From contig JAUNOH010000001.1 of assembly GCA_030537155.1 (NCBI GenBank), forward strand, positions 47,574 to 111,573: a DNA stretch of 64,000 nucleotides, written 5' to 3'. The notes below the pieces were generated by a model. That model saw only the letters and a list, made by a program, of their open reading frames with translations. It had not been told where the DNA came from and did no database searches. The position numbers were made by a program, and so were the translations under genes. The stretch's first letter is position 1; each line of letters begins with the position of its first letter. This DNA comes from Bacillota bacterium (GTDB lineage Bacteria > Bacillota_I > Bacilli_A > RFN20 > CAG-826). Below, one piece after another: positions 49,786-60,004 of the stretch.

Positions 49786-50496
49786 TTATTCTCCTTTCTT
49801 CTCAGCCTTGGGGCCGTTGGGCCTCTTGGCCTTCAATTCCTCGGGGGTCTTCAAGCCACGGAGAACCATGACTTTGTTGTACTCCTTGAGGTTCTTCAAG
49901 CCTTCGTGGGTGGCGCGGATGACGTTGATCGATCCACGGGAACCATAGACTTTGGAGACGACGTTCTTGACGCCGGCCAACTCGAGGATGGCGCGGACGG
50001 CGCCTCCGGCGACGATACCGGTGCCGGGTTTGGCGGGCTTAAGGACGACTTTGGTGGCGCCGAAGCTGCCTTCCACTTCGTGGGCGATGGTGCCGCCTTT
50101 CACGATGCGGATATTGTACATGTGCTTCTGGGCTTGGGCGAGCGACTTTTTGATGGCGTCGGGGACCTCACCGGACTTGGCGTTGGCGAAGCCGTATTTT
50201 CCCTTGCCGTCGCCGATGACGACTAAGGCCGAGAAACGGACGTTCTTGCCACCGGAAGTGGTCTTGGAGACGCGGTTGATGGCGACGACGCGCTCGAGGT
50301 ACTCGGGCTGGTCATCGCGGCGGAATCCACCACGGCCGCCCCTTCTCTCGGAGGGACGTCCCTTGTGGTTGCCGAATTTGCGGTCGCCGGGACGGGGAGC
50401 CGAGGCCGAGCCATGGGGCTCATAGCCACGGGTGTTCTGCTTCGGAGCGTTATTGCCCTCGGAAACCGGGGCAGTGACTTTGTTTTCTTCTTCCAT
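49786..50496 (-). CDS. rpsE: 30S ribosomal protein S5 with ~55-aa Arg/Gly-rich N-terminal extension
   Basis: The core [41 protein letters not shown] is canonical S5. Start ATG 50496 is preceded by AAGGAGA. The extension contains ...[11 protein letters not shown]. Confidence 0.95.
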   Translation of the reverse strand: MEEENKVTAPVSEGNNAPKQNTRGYEPHGSASAPRPGDRKFGNHKGRPSERRGGRGGFRRDDQPEYLERVVAINRVSKTTSGGKNVRFSALVVIGDGKGKYGFANAKSGEVPDAIKKSLAQAQKHMYNIRIVKGGTIAHEVEGSFGATKVVLKPAKPGTGIVAGGAVRAILELAGVKNVVSKVYGSRGSINVIRATHEGLKNLKEYNKVMVLRGLKTPEELKAKRPNGPKAEKKGE

Positions 50497-50507
50497 CGTT
50501 ATTCTCC

Positions 50508-50864
50508 TTAGAACTTGAGTCCGCCTTCACGAGCGGCATCGGCCAACGCGGCCACGCGTCCGTGATAGAGGTAGCCGTTGCGGTCGAAGCAGACCGTGGT
50601 GATGCCAGCGGCGAGGGCCTTCTTGGCCAACTCGGCGCCGACGGTCTTGGCGGCCTCGACGTTGCCTCCCTGGGGAAGCTTGAGGGCGACTGAGGAGGCG
50701 GAGACCAAGGTGACACCTTTGGTGTCGTCGATGATCTGAGCCTCGATGTGCTTATTGGAGCGGAAGACGCATAAGCGCGGTTTCTCGGCGGTGCCGGAGA
50801 CCTTGGAACGGACCCTGAGGTGCTTCCTCTGGCGGATCGCGGTCCTTGAAGTTTTGGCTATCAT
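50508..50864 (-). CDS. rplR: 50S ribosomal protein L18
   Basis: [37 protein letters not shown]...[22 protein letters not shown]. Confidence 0.96.
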   Translation of the reverse strand: MIAKTSRTAIRQRKHLRVRSKVSGTAEKPRLCVFRSNKHIEAQIIDDTKGVTLVSASSVALKLPQGGNVEAAKTVGAELAKKALAAGITTVCFDRNGYLYHGRVAALADAAREGGLKF

Positions 50865-50878
50865 GTCCTCTTCCTCCT

Positions 50879-51433
50879 TTATTTCTTACCACCCGCGGCG
50901 CGCTTGCCTTCCTTGCGGATGATGACTTCGCCCTTGTAATGGATGCCTTTGCCTCCATAGGGTTCAGGGCGCTTGGTGTCGTGGATCAGGGCGGCGGTCT
51001 GTCCGACGGCCTGCTTGCTGATGCCTTCGACGTTGATATGGGTCTCGTCGGGGCAGGTGATGGTCACGCCGGGAAGCGGCTTAATCACGACCTCGTGGGA
51101 GAAGCCGACGTTGAGGACCACCGAGTCGCCCCTCTTGGCGGCGCGGTAGCCGATGCCGGAGATCTCCAACTCCTTCTTGAAGCCATCGTGGACGCCCACG
51201 ACGGCGTTGTGGAGGTTGGCCCTGGCGGTGCCATGGTTCATGACGTAGGCCTGCTCGTCGCTATGACGGGAGACCACGATTTCGTTATCCTTCACCTCGA
51301 CGCTGACGTAGTTAGCGGGGTAACTGACGCTTAATTCGCCTTTGGGACCTTTGATAACGGCGACGCCTTTGGTGTCGAGGTTGACACTGACGCCTTCGGG
51401 AAGGGAGATGGGTTTTAATCCAATACGTGACAT
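50879..51433 (-). CDS. rplF: 50S ribosomal protein L6
   Basis: [20 protein letters not shown]...GIGYRA.... Confidence 0.96.
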   Translation of the reverse strand: MSRIGLKPISLPEGVSVNLDTKGVAVIKGPKGELSVSYPANYVSVEVKDNEIVVSRHSDEQAYVMNHGTARANLHNAVVGVHDGFKKELEISGIGYRAAKRGDSVVLNVGFSHEVVIKPLPGVTITCPDETHINVEGISKQAVGQTAALIHDTKRPEPYGGKGIHYKGEVIIRKEGKRAAGGKK

Positions 51434-51449
51434 TGTTCTCTTCCTCCTA

Positions 51450-51845
51450 TTACCAGACGTAGCAGAGGATCTCTCCGCCGACGTTGGCCTTGCGGGCTTC
51501 GCTATCGGTGAGCAAGCCGTTGGGGGTGCTCACGATGGCGATGCCTAAGCCTTTTAAGACCTTCGGGAGCTTAGCGGCTTCGCTATAGACCCTGAGGCCG
51601 GGTTTGCTGATGCGTTTCAGACCGGAGATGACCCTCTCGCCAGAGGCGCTGTATTTGAGGGTCAGGGTCAGGGTTTTCTTCCCGGACTCGGTCTCGACGC
51701 GGGCATCGGTGATGAATCCCTGTTCTTTGAGGATTTTGGCGATGCCTTCTTTGATTTTGGAGCTGGGCATGGAGACTTCTTCATACCGTAAGGCGTTGGC
51801 GTTACGGATGCGGGTCAGCATGTCCGCGATGGGATCTGCATTCAT
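51450..51845 (-). CDS. rpsH: 30S ribosomal protein S8
   Basis: [21 protein letters not shown]...GGEILCYVW. Confidence 0.97.
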   Translation of the reverse strand: MNADPIADMLTRIRNANALRYEEVSMPSSKIKEGIAKILKEQGFITDARVETESGKKTLTLTLKYSASGERVISGLKRISKPGLRVYSEAAKLPKVLKGLGIAIVSTPNGLLTDSEARKANVGGEILCYVW

Positions 51846-51864
51846 TTTCGTTGTCTCCTTTCCT

Positions 51865-52050
51865 TTACCAAGATGACTTCTTCATGCCGGGGATTTCGCC
51901 CTTGTAGGCCAATTCCCTCAGGCAGATACGGCAGAGCTTGAATTTGCGGATGACGCCGTGGGGGCGGCCGCACCTTTCGCAGCGGGTGTACTCCCTGACC
52001 GCGAACTTCTGCTTCTTATGGGCTTTGTTAACCAATGATTTCTTAGCCAT
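51865..52050 (-). CDS. rpsN: 30S ribosomal protein S14 type Z (Zn-binding, 61 aa)
   Basis: [61 protein letters not shown]. Confidence 0.96.
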   Translation of the reverse strand: MAKKSLVNKAHKKQKFAVREYTRCERCGRPHGVIRKFKLCRICLRELAYKGEIPGMKKSSW

Positions 52051-52054
52051 GTTC

Positions 52055-52645
52055 TTACCTCTTGAAGGGCATGCCGAGCTTCTCTAAAAGAGAAGAGGCT
52101 TCCTTGTCGCTTAACGCGGTGGTGACGATGACGACGTCGAGGCCGCGGAGGGTCACTTTGTCGAAATCGATTTCCGGGAAGATGATTTGCTCTTTGACGC
52201 CCAAGGTGTAGTTGCCGTGTCCGTCGAAGGAGTTCCTCGAGATGCCGCGGAAGTCGCGGACGCGGGGAAGGGCGATCGAGATGAGCTTGTCGAGGAATTC
52301 ATACATCCTCGTGCCCCTCAGGGTCACCTTGCAGCCGATGGCCTGCCCCTCGCGGAGCTTGAAGGTGGCGATGGATTTCTTAGCCTTGGTAACGACCGGG
52401 TGCTGGCCGGTGATGGTCTCGAGGTCGGCCACCGCTTCTTCGATGGCCTTGGAGTTGGAGGTGGCCTCGCCGACGCCGATGTTGAGAACGATCTTCTCAA
52501 GCTTGGGGGCCTGCATCGGGGTGGTGTAGCCGAATTCCTTTACCAACTCGGGGACGATCTCCTCGCGGTATTTCTTCTCGAGCCTGTTGATGTAGCTCTT
52601 CTGGGGAGCAGTCGAGGCGACTGCTTTTTTCTTGCTTTCAGCCAT
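52055..52645 (-). CDS. rplE: 50S ribosomal protein L5
   Basis: [42 protein letters not shown]... Confidence 0.96.
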   Translation of the reverse strand: MAESKKKAVASTAPQKSYINRLEKKYREEIVPELVKEFGYTTPMQAPKLEKIVLNIGVGEATSNSKAIEEAVADLETITGQHPVVTKAKKSIATFKLREGQAIGCKVTLRGTRMYEFLDKLISIALPRVRDFRGISRNSFDGHGNYTLGVKEQIIFPEIDFDKVTLRGLDVVIVTTALSDKEASSLLEKLGMPFKR

Positions 52646-52662
52646 GTTTGACTACTCCTTCC

Positions 52663-52977
52663 TTATTTGTCTAGGCTCTCGCCGGACTTGCCGACGCGGG
52701 TCTTGACGCCTTTGACTTCCTTGATGTGGACCCTGGTGGCCTTTTTGGTCTTGGGGTCGATGAGGGCCACTTTGCTAGCGTCTAGGGGCACATAGATGTC
52801 GAGGACGCTCCCCTCGGGGGTGTTCTGGGTCGGCTTCTTGTGCTTCTTGTGAACATTGATGCCTTCGACGACGACTTTGTTTAGCTTGGGGTAAACCTTC
52901 TGGACGACGCCGGTTTTGCCCTTATCATCGCCGGAGATGACAATGACTTTATCGCCTTTTTTGATATTCATGGTCAA
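52663..52977 (-). CDS. rplX: 50S ribosomal protein L24
   Basis: IKKGDKVIVISGDDKGKTGVVQKV (KOW motif). Confidence 0.95.
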   Translation of the reverse strand: MTMNIKKGDKVIVISGDDKGKTGVVQKVYPKLNKVVVEGINVHKKHKKPTQNTPEGSVLDIYVPLDASKVALIDPKTKKATRVHIKEVKGVKTRVGKSGESLDK

Positions 52978-52983
52978 TTCTCC

Positions 52984-53352
52984 TTATAGAACCTCACTGG
53001 CAAGGGAGACGATTTTCATATATCCCCTGTCGCGGAGCTCGCGGGCGACCGGTCCGAAGACACGGGTCCCGACGGGGTTGCCGTCGTTATCGATGATGAC
53101 GCAGGCATTGTCGTCGAAGCAGATCGAGGAGCCATCGGGGCGATGAACGCTCTTCTTGACCCTGACGATGACGGCTTTGACGACGTCGGATTTCTTAACT
53201 TTGGCGTTGGGGGTGGCTTCCTTGACGGCGCAGAGGACGACATCACCCAAACCGGAGACTTTCTTCTTGTCTCCGCCGTACTGGCGGAAGACGCGGACGG
53301 AGCGGGCGCCGGAGTTATCGGCGACCACTAGGTTGGTTTCCTGGATGATCAT
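52984..53352 (-). CDS. rplN: 50S ribosomal protein L14
   Basis: [23 protein letters not shown]... Confidence 0.97.
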   Translation of the reverse strand: MIIQETNLVVADNSGARSVRVFRQYGGDKKKVSGLGDVVLCAVKEATPNAKVKKSDVVKAVIVRVKKSVHRPDGSSICFDDNACVIIDNDGNPVGTRVFGPVARELRDRGYMKIVSLASEVL

Positions 53353-53687
53353 TATTCGGCCTCCTTGACTTCTTCGGAGACGCCCTCAGCTTCCTCGAGG
53401 GTGCTTTCGGCATCCGCGACGGAGATCAGGCCTTCGTTCTTCTTGTCGATGGAGACGAGGCGGAACCTCTTGGTCTTGGATAGCGGGCGGCAGGCCATGA
53501 TGGTGACGACGTCGCCGACTTTGGCTTCGTTGTTCTCATCGTGGGCCACGAATTTCTTCGAATAGCCGACGCGCTTGCCATATAGCGGGTGGTTGCGCTC
53601 GGTGGAGACGACCACGACGATCGTCTTGTCCATCTTGGTGGAGGTGACGGTGCCTTGGACAGTGGTTCTAGAGTTTCTGGTTTCCAT
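53352..53687 (-). CDS. rpsQ: 30S ribosomal protein S17 with acidic C-terminal tail
   Basis: [68 protein letters not shown]; tail ...[18 protein letters not shown]. Confidence 0.95.
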   Translation of the reverse strand: METRNSRTTVQGTVTSTKMDKTIVVVVSTERNHPLYGKRVGYSKKFVAHDENNEAKVGDVVTIMACRPLSKTKRFRLVSIDKKNEGLISVADAESTLEEAEGVSEEVKEAE

Positions 53688-53701
53688 GGTTTTCTTCCTC
53701 C

Positions 53702-53902
53702 TTATTTAGAGAGGTTAAGCTCTCTTTCGCGCTTAACCGTCTTGGCTTTGGCGATGTCCTTGCGGACCCTCTTGATCTCATCGCCGTGCTCGAGCTGGCC
53801 GACGGCCTGCTTGCGAGTCAGATCGAAGAGCTGGCTTTTGAGCTCGTAGATCTTGGCGTCGAGCTCTTTGGGCGATAATTCACGGAATTCTTTGACTTCC
53901 AT
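53702..53902 (-). CDS. rpmC: 50S ribosomal protein L29
   Basis: 66 aa; [38 protein letters not shown]. Confidence 0.93.
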   Translation of the reverse strand: MEVKEFRELSPKELDAKIYELKSQLFDLTRKQAVGQLEHGDEIKRVRKDIAKAKTVKRERELNLSK

Positions 53903-53904
53903 CT

Positions 53905-54453
53905 TTATTCTCCCTTCCCTTCAGCAGGGGTGTCGTTGCCGGTGTCGGAGACGGTCTCCTTGACCTGGGCATCCTCTTCGGCGATGGCCTCGAGGGACGA
54001 TTCGTGGGTTTCACTCATCTTGGCCAATTCCTCTTTGGAGAGGTGATGGCCGTTTTTGACCACTTTGCAGTGGATCGGGAGCTTGTAGGCGGCGAGCCTC
54101 AAGGCTTCCTTGGCGACCTCGTCGGAGATGCCACCAATCTCGAAGATGATGGCTCCTTCCTTGACGACGGCGACCCAGCCCTCGGGCGAACCCTTACCGG
54201 AACCCATACGGACTTCGGCCGGCTTCTTGGTCTTGGCCATGTGCGGGAAGATCCTGATCCAGACCTTGCCGGCACGGTCGGTGTAGCGGGCCAACACGAT
54301 ACGGGCGCTCTCGATCTGATGATCGGTGATGTAGGCGCCTTCCTGGGCCTGCAGGCCATACTGCCCGAAGCAGACGGTGGTGCCGCCTTTGGCGTGGCCT
54401 TCGTATTTGAGGCTGTGGGGCCTACGATACTTAACGCGTTTCGGTTGAAGCAT
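53905..54453 (-). CDS. rplP: 50S ribosomal protein L16 with ~40-aa acidic C-terminal extension
   Basis: [24 protein letters not shown]... is canonical. The SD GGAGAGAGGAA lies inside the end of rpsC. The tail is ...[35 protein letters not shown]. Confidence 0.95.
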   Translation of the reverse strand: MLQPKRVKYRRPHSLKYEGHAKGGTTVCFGQYGLQAQEGAYITDHQIESARIVLARYTDRAGKVWIRIFPHMAKTKKPAEVRMGSGKGSPEGWVAVVKEGAIIFEIGGISDEVAKEALRLAAYKLPIHCKVVKNGHHLSKEELAKMSETHESSLEAIAEEDAQVKETVSDTGNDTPAEGKGE

Positions 54454-55150
54454 GGTTCCTCTCTCCTCTGCCCTTCTTCGGGGCTTCTTCTTTCTTGGCG
54501 CTCTCTTCGGCCTTGTTCAGGCTCTTGCAGCACCAGACTTTGACGCCGACACGGCCATAGGGGGTGTGGGCATCGACGTGGGCGAAGTCGATATCGGCGC
54601 GGAGGGTGTGAAGGGGGACAACGCCCTCTTTATAACCTTCCTCGCGGGCGATTTCGGCACCGCCGAGACGACCCGAGCATAAGGTGCGGCAGCCTTTGGC
54701 GCCGGCTTTCCTCATCCTGCGGATAGCTTTCTTCTGAGTCGCGCGGTAGGAGGCGCGGTTCTCCAGCTCGCTGACGATCCAGCGGGCCACCAAGGTGGCG
54801 TCTAGATCGGGGTTTTCGACCGGAACGACGTCGATTTTGACGCTGCCGGACTTGACGAGCTTGCTAAGTTCCTTGCGGACCTTGTTGATGTTGGCGCCAT
54901 CCTGGCCAAGCACGACGCCCGGACGGGCGACGAAGGCCTGGACTTTGACGTCATGACCCTTATCGGTCTTCTTGCGGAAGATATCGATGTGGGAGACGAC
55001 GGCGTCCTTAAGGGCGACGTCGAGGTATTTCCTGATCGCTAGATCCTCGTGGAGGAAGCTGCTGTATTCTTGGTTGTTGGCATACCATTTAGAGTTCCAA
55101 TCGCGGTTGATTCCAACCCTCATGCCAACGGCATTGACTTTCTGTCCCAT
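54431..55150 (-). CDS. rpsC: 30S ribosomal protein S3
   Basis: [25 protein letters not shown]...; the C-terminal Lys/Glu tail overlaps the rplP start by 23 nt. Confidence 0.96.
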   Translation of the reverse strand: MGQKVNAVGMRVGINRDWNSKWYANNQEYSSFLHEDLAIRKYLDVALKDAVVSHIDIFRKKTDKGHDVKVQAFVARPGVVLGQDGANINKVRKELSKLVKSGSVKIDVVPVENPDLDATLVARWIVSELENRASYRATQKKAIRRMRKAGAKGCRTLCSGRLGGAEIAREEGYKEGVVPLHTLRADIDFAHVDAHTPYGRVGVKVWCCKSLNKAEESAKKEEAPKKGRGERNHASTETR

Positions 55151-55164
55151 GATTCTTCCTCTCC

Positions 55165-55698
55165 TTACTCGGCCCTCTGCTTAACGACGATGTAGACGTT
55201 AGCGAGCCTCTTGACGATGCCAGAGGCCGAGCCTTTGGCGCGGGGGATGTACCTCTTGATCTTCATGCCATCGGAGCACTGGATGGAGGCGATGTATAAC
55301 TTGTCCTCATCCATGCCGAAGTTGTTGGTGGCATTGGCGGCCGCGGACTTGACCAGTTTAGCAACCGGGGTGGCGGCGGCTTTGTTGAGCCTGGAGAGAA
55401 TGGCGAGGGCCTCGTCGACGTCCTTGCCCCTGACCACATCGCAGACTAACCTGACTTTGCGGGGGGTGACGCGGACGTTGATGGCGCTGGCCTTGGCCTC
55501 GGTGACGACCGGCTTAACCGGCTCTTCCTTGACCTCTTTGGCGGCCTTCTTGGCGGCCTTTTCGGCTTTCTTGGCCTCTTTGGCGGCCTTCTTCTCGTCG
55601 ACGACTTCGGTCTTGGTTTCTTCCTTGACCTCGGCGACTTTCTCTTTCTTCGGAGCAGCTTTCTTCTTAGCTACTGTCTTCTTGGTTTCTTCAGCCAT
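55165..55698 (-). CDS. rplV: 50S ribosomal protein L22 with ~65-aa Lys/Ala/Glu-rich N-terminal extension
   Basis: The core EAKASAINVRVTPRKVRLVCDVVRGKDVDEALAIL is canonical. Start ATG 55698 is preceded by AAGGAGAG, with no internal Met or alternative start before the core. Confidence 0.95.
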   Translation of the reverse strand: MAEETKKTVAKKKAAPKKEKVAEVKEETKTEVVDEKKAAKEAKKAEKAAKKAAKEVKEEPVKPVVTEAKASAINVRVTPRKVRLVCDVVRGKDVDEALAILSRLNKAAATPVAKLVKSAAANATNNFGMDEDKLYIASIQCSDGMKIKRYIPRAKGSASGIVKRLANVYIVVKQRAE

Positions 55699-55709
55699 GA
55701 TCGCTCTCC

Positions 55710-55997
55710 TTATTTCTTGCCGCCCTTGTCGTTGAGGTTGTTGCCCTTATGGCCAGGGAAGTTCCTGGTCGGGGCGAATTCGCCCAACTTGTGGCCAACC
55801 ATATCCTCGGTGACGTAGACGGTGATGTGTTCGTGACCGTTGTAGACGGCGAAGGTCTGTTCCACGAAGGCCGGATAGATGGTGGAACGGCGAGACCAAG
55901 TCTTGATGATCTCTTTTTTGCCGGACTTCTGCAGCGACTCGACCTTCTTGAGAAGGTATTCGTCGACGTATGGTCCCTTTTTGCTTGAACGAGCCAT
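55710..55997 (-). CDS. rpsS: 30S ribosomal protein S19
   Basis: [19 protein letters not shown]...[25 protein letters not shown]. Confidence 0.97.
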   Translation of the reverse strand: MARSSKKGPYVDEYLLKKVESLQKSGKKEIIKTWSRRSTIYPAFVEQTFAVYNGHEHITVYVTEDMVGHKLGEFAPTRNFPGHKGNNLNDKGGKK

Positions 55998-56017
55998 TTT
56001 CTATTTCCTTTCTTCGA

Positions 56018-56851
56018 TTACTTCGCTTTCGCCCTTCTGACGATCAGACGGGTTGAATTCTTCTTGACCCTGCGGGTCTTGACGCCCTGGGTCCTCTTGC
56101 CCCAAGGAGACCTCGGAGCATCGCGGCCGACGGGGCATTTGCCCTCACCACCGCCGTGGGGGTGGTCATTCGGGTTCATGGCCGAGCCACGGACCGTGGG
56201 ACGTTCGCCGAGCCAGCGGGTGCGGCCGGCTTTGCCGCGGTTGACGAGGTTCCACTCGTCGTTGCCGACGACGCCGATGGTCGCGCGGCAGCTCTTCAAC
56301 AGCTTCCTGACTTCGCCGGAGGCCAAACGCACGATGACGTATTTGCCTTCGGAGCCGAGGATCTGAGCCGAGGTTCCAGCGGCCCGGCAGAGCTGGGCGC
56401 CTTTCCCGGGCTGGAGCTCGAGGTTATGGATGAAGGTACCTTCGGGGATGTTGGCCAACTCAAGGGCGTTGCCGTTCTTGATGTCGGTGGCGGGCCCGGA
56501 GACGACCTTATCGCCAACCTTCAGGCCTTTCGGCTGAATGATGTAGCGTTTCTCGCCGTCGGCGTAGACCAACAAGGCGATGAAGGCGTTGCGGTTGGGA
56601 TCGTACTCGATGGCGCTGACGGTGGCTGTGATGCCATCCTTGTTGCGCTTGAAGTCGATGATACGATAGCGGTTCTTGTTTCCACCGCCGTGGTGACGGC
56701 AGGTGATCTTTCCCTGATTGTTGCGGCCGCCCTTATGGGTCTTGGTGGCCAGCAATGACTTTTCAGGAGAGGTCTTCGTGATTTCCCCGTAATCGAGGGT
56801 CGCCATCTGACGGCGGCTCTTGGTATAGGGGCGATAGGTTTTGATTGCCAT
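56018..56851 (-). CDS. rplB: 50S ribosomal protein L2
   Basis: [16 protein letters not shown]...[17 protein letters not shown]. Confidence 0.97.
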   Translation of the reverse strand: MAIKTYRPYTKSRRQMATLDYGEITKTSPEKSLLATKTHKGGRNNQGKITCRHHGGGNKNRYRIIDFKRNKDGITATVSAIEYDPNRNAFIALLVYADGEKRYIIQPKGLKVGDKVVSGPATDIKNGNALELANIPEGTFIHNLELQPGKGAQLCRAAGTSAQILGSEGKYVIVRLASGEVRKLLKSCRATIGVVGNDEWNLVNRGKAGRTRWLGERPTVRGSAMNPNDHPHGGGEGKCPVGRDAPRSPWGKRTQGVKTRRVKKNSTRLIVRRAKAK

Positions 56852-56904
56852 TTCTTTTTTCTCCTATAGCGGATGCTTTATAGCTGGTAGCTAATGGTGA
56901 TTCC

Positions 56905-57333
56905 TTACTCTTTGAATAGATCGAGGGCCGCGCCTTCGGCTAAGGTGACGACGGCTTTCTTGTAGCCGCTGATCGTGCCTTTGTAACGGCCGCCGCGGGT
57001 GGTTTCCTTGGGGAGGTGGTTGCTGACTTTGACGTCGACAACCCCGACCTGGAAGATGCGCTGGAAGGCGTCCTTGATCTCGATCTTGTTGGCCTTGTCG
57101 CTCACGCGCACGGTTACCTTATTCATATTCTGCATGAGGGCCATCGACTTCTCGGTGATAACCGGTTTGATGATGACTTCGTAGTCATGCAAGGTGGGGA
57201 GGGCAAAGGGTTTGACTTCCTTGGCTTCCTCTTTGGCCTTCTTGGCCTTCTTGCTCACCTTCTTGGGGGCCTCTTCGGCGACTTCTTCGACCTTGGTCTC
57301 GGTGACTTCGGCCTCTTTCTTCTTGCTAGCCAT
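56905..57333 (-). CDS. rplW: 50S ribosomal protein L23 with ~45-aa Lys/Glu-rich N-terminal extension
   Basis: The core LHDYEVIIKPVITEKSMALMQ is canonical; the start ATG overlaps the rplD stop (TAATG). Confidence 0.94.
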   Translation of the reverse strand: MASKKKEAEVTETKVEEVAEEAPKKVSKKAKKAKEEAKEVKPFALPTLHDYEVIIKPVITEKSMALMQNMNKVTVRVSDKANKIEIKDAFQRIFQVGVVDVKVSNHLPKETTRGGRYKGTISGYKKAVVTLAEGAALDLFKE

Positions 57334-57995
57334 TATTGCAGAGCCTCCTCAACTTTCTTGACGCTGTCTTTGCTGATGACGATGTTGTCGAAGTTCAGCA
57401 CATCATAGACGGCGATGTTGTCGGTCTCAACGAGGCCGACGGTGGCGATGTTCTGGGCCGAGAGAACGAGTTTCTTGACTTCCTCGAAGCTCTTCTCGTC
57501 GGTGTAGTTGTCGATGACGAGGAGGGTCTTGCCCTCGGCTTTGATCGCCTTGAGATTGCCGGCGAATTCGGAGGTGGAGACTTTCTCGACCTTGAGCGAA
57601 TCGACGACGATCAGCTTCTTGGCCTTGACCTTCTCAGAGAGAACGGTGCGGAGGGCCAGGTTGTGCTCTTTCTTATTCTGAGAGAGCTTGTAGTTCTGGT
57701 TGCCATCGGGTCCGAAGACGGTGCCGCCACCGACGAAGATGGGGGACCTCCTGGAACCGGCACGGGCACGGCCGGTGCCCTTCTGGCGATATGGCTTCTT
57801 GCCGCCGCCGCTGACTTCGTGGCGCTTCTTCGTCTTGGCGGTAGCCTGACGGAGGTTGGCCTGGTAGACGACAACGGCGTCGTGGATGGCCTGGGTGTTG
57901 GGATCGGTGACCCCGAAGACTTTGCTGGAGAGTTCGATCTTTCCAGCCTCCTCGCCCTTTAAGGTGACGACGGGGAGGGAGATTCCTTTAGCCAT
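57333..57995 (-). CDS. rplD: 50S ribosomal protein L4
   Basis: [43 protein letters not shown]. Confidence 0.96.
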   Translation of the reverse strand: MAKGISLPVVTLKGEEAGKIELSSKVFGVTDPNTQAIHDAVVVYQANLRQATAKTKKRHEVSGGGKKPYRQKGTGRARAGSRRSPIFVGGGTVFGPDGNQNYKLSQNKKEHNLALRTVLSEKVKAKKLIVVDSLKVEKVSTSEFAGNLKAIKAEGKTLLVIDNYTDEKSFEEVKKLVLSAQNIATVGLVETDNIAVYDVLNFDNIVISKDSVKKVEEALQ

Positions 57996-58000
57996 TATGC

Positions 58001-58699
58001 TTATTCTCCTTTCTTCTCTTCGCTAGCCGACTCATAGGCGACTAGATCCTTGACGCCGGGCTGCTTCTTGTTGGTCCTGACCGGGGTGCGGAGCATGACG
58101 ATGCTCTTTTTCGGTCCGGGGACGCCGCCCTTGACGAGGATGTACTGCTTCTCGGCATTCACTTCGACGATCGTCAGGTTGAGGATCGTGGCGGAGTGGG
58201 GAGCCCAGTGTCCCGACATCTTCTTGCCGGGGATGACGCGGTTGTTGTCACGGCCGTTGTTGGCTAAGGAGCCGATCTGGCGGTGATAACCGGAACCATG
58301 GCCCTTCGGACCAATGATGTGATGGTACCTCTTGATGGTGCCGACGTAGCCGTGGCCCTTGGTGGTGCCGACGACGTCGACGTACTCGCCAGCCTTGAAC
58401 AGGTCAGCGGTTAAGGTCTCACCGACGTTCTTGCCGTAGATTTCGTCGCCTTTGAGCTCATATAAGCCTTCTTTATAGGAGACGCCGGCTTTCTGGAAGT
58501 GACCCTTCTCAGCCTTGTTGGCTTTCCTCTCGGCCTTATCTTCATAGCCGACCTGAAGGGCTTCATAGCCGTCCTTCTCCAGGGTTTTCTTGGCCACGAT
58601 GGCGTTGGGGAGCACCTCAATGACGGTGACGGGATACATGGTGCCGTCTTGGGCGAAGACCTCGGTCATGCCCACTTTTCTTCCGATGATGGATTTCAT
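58001..58699 (-). CDS. rplC: 50S ribosomal protein L3
   Basis: MKSIIGRKVGMTEVFAQDGTMYPVTVIEV... Confidence 0.96.
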   Translation of the reverse strand: MKSIIGRKVGMTEVFAQDGTMYPVTVIEVLPNAIVAKKTLEKDGYEALQVGYEDKAERKANKAEKGHFQKAGVSYKEGLYELKGDEIYGKNVGETLTADLFKAGEYVDVVGTTKGHGYVGTIKRYHHIIGPKGHGSGYHRQIGSLANNGRDNNRVIPGKKMSGHWAPHSATILNLTIVEVNAEKQYILVKGGVPGPKKSIVMLRTPVRTNKKQPGVKDLVAYESASEEKKGE

Positions 58700-58713
58700 G
58701 ATTGCGGTCCTCC

Positions 58714-59025
58714 TTATAACTTGATGTCGATATCGACTCCGGCGGGAAGGTCAAGCTTCCTCAGGGTTTCGATGGTCTCTTTGGTGGGTTTCTCGATGTA
58801 GAGCAACCTCTTGTGGGTCCTGATCTCGAATTGCTCGCGGCTGTCCTTGTACTTGAAGGTGGCCCTTAAGATCGTGTAGACCTGCTTTTCGGTCGGAAGG
58901 GGGATGGGTCCCACCACTCCGGCACCGGTCTGCTTGGCAACGGCGATGATCTTCTCGACCGACTGATCGAGGATGCCGTGCTCGTAGCTCACTAAGCGAA
59001 CGCGGATTTTGTTTTCTTTCGCCAT
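58714..59025 (-). CDS. rpsJ: 30S ribosomal protein S10
   Basis: I place the start at ATG 59025 ([22 protein letters not shown]), preceded by AAAGGAGAA; the ORF-track start at 59043 lies inside the RBS. Confidence 0.95.
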   Translation of the reverse strand: MAKENKIRVRLVSYEHGILDQSVEKIIAVAKQTGAGVVGPIPLPTEKQVYTILRATFKYKDSREQFEIRTHKRLLYIEKPTKETIETLRKLDLPAGVDIDIKL

Positions 59026-59287
59026 GAATGATTCTCCTTTCATGTGTTTCAGGCATGTTGGCTATTTGCTCCCTGCGAATTACCTGACCACCTATCACGA
59101 CAACGCCTGTGGGTGTGTCAGCAACCTCGCATTTCATTGCAAGCGCCAGCGTTGATAAACATACACGCGTAGGGGTGGAGAGCGCAACAAAAATATTATT
59201 TTTTTGGCATAAGTTCCTAAATTTTGGCCGTAAATAGAATATTTACAGAACGGTTTGCTTCACGACGTCGATCCGATGTTGCGGATT

Positions 59288-60004
59288 TTAGTCATTTAAT
59301 TGTGCATCTTGCACATGGTTATCTTGTTTCAAATCCGAATTTTTAGCTTTGGCGGCCCGCCATTTCAAACTGTCTCTAAGGGAGTATTCGCAGCCGCAGT
59401 ACATCTGGTAATAGAGGTCATATTGCTTCCTGATGGCCACCGTCTTGTTGAAGCCATCCTTCTTCTTGAAGTCGCTATAGAAATATTTGGTCTTGGGATG
59501 CTTCCTCTCCAGCTCTGAGCCGATGTAGTTGAGGATCTGGGAATTCTTCTCCCGGGAGATGGTCATGACCGTGGTGAAATAATCGAAACCACGCTCCTCG
59601 GCATATTGATAAGCCTCCTCCATTCTCTTTCGATAGCAAATCCAGCAGCGTTGCTTCCCCTCTGGCATATCGCCATAGGGCTCTAGCTCTTTCCGAAATG
59701 AGGCGTAATCGTATTCGGGGACCACGAGGTTAATGTGAAATCCATAATCCTTTTCCAAGCCGGCTAAAAGGATGTTTAGGTTGTCCAGTCTTTTTTTGAA
59801 CTCCGACGCTGGATAGATGTTGGAATTGTTAAATAGAATTGTGACGTCAAAGTATTGGCAGACGAAGGTCAAAGGAAAACCGGCGCACGGCCCACAGCAG
59901 ACGTGGAGCAGTAACGTCGGTTTCTTCTCTTTGTCAAAGGTGGTTAAAATCTCGAGGCTTTTATCGTAGTAGTTGATGTATTTTTCCTTGGCGATATCTT
60001 CCAT
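59288..60004 (-). CDS. queH: Epoxyqueuosine reductase QueH (DUF208 family)
   Basis: LLLHVCCGPCAGFPL...CWICYRKRMEEAYQYA...YCGCEYS, the conserved Cys pattern of QueH; start overlaps the queA stop. Confidence 0.88.
   Translation of the reverse strand: MEDIAKEKYINYYDKSLEILTTFDKEKKPTLLLHVCCGPCAGFPLTFVCQYFDVTILFNNSNIYPASEFKKRLDNLNILLAGLEKDYGFHINLVVPEYDYASFRKELEPYGDMPEGKQRCWICYRKRMEEAYQYAEERGFDYFTTVMTISREKNSQILNYIGSELERKHPKTKYFYSDFKKKDGFNKTVAIRKQYDLYYQMYCGCEYSLRDSLKWRAAKAKNSDLKQDNHVQDAQLND

Noticed and set aside
58751-59137. 128-aa ORF overlapping rpsJ in another frame, and the 59043 start for rpsJ.
   Set aside because: S10 is read from ATG 59025 with a good SD. The alternative ORF is Arg/His-rich with no homology.
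59044-59287. 244-nt region upstream of rpsJ as a possible S10 leader or attenuator.
   Set aside because: An L4-responsive S10 leader is established for E. coli-type operons. I saw only a weak promoter candidate (TTTAGG-17-TAATAT on the - strand) and no convincing conserved structure.
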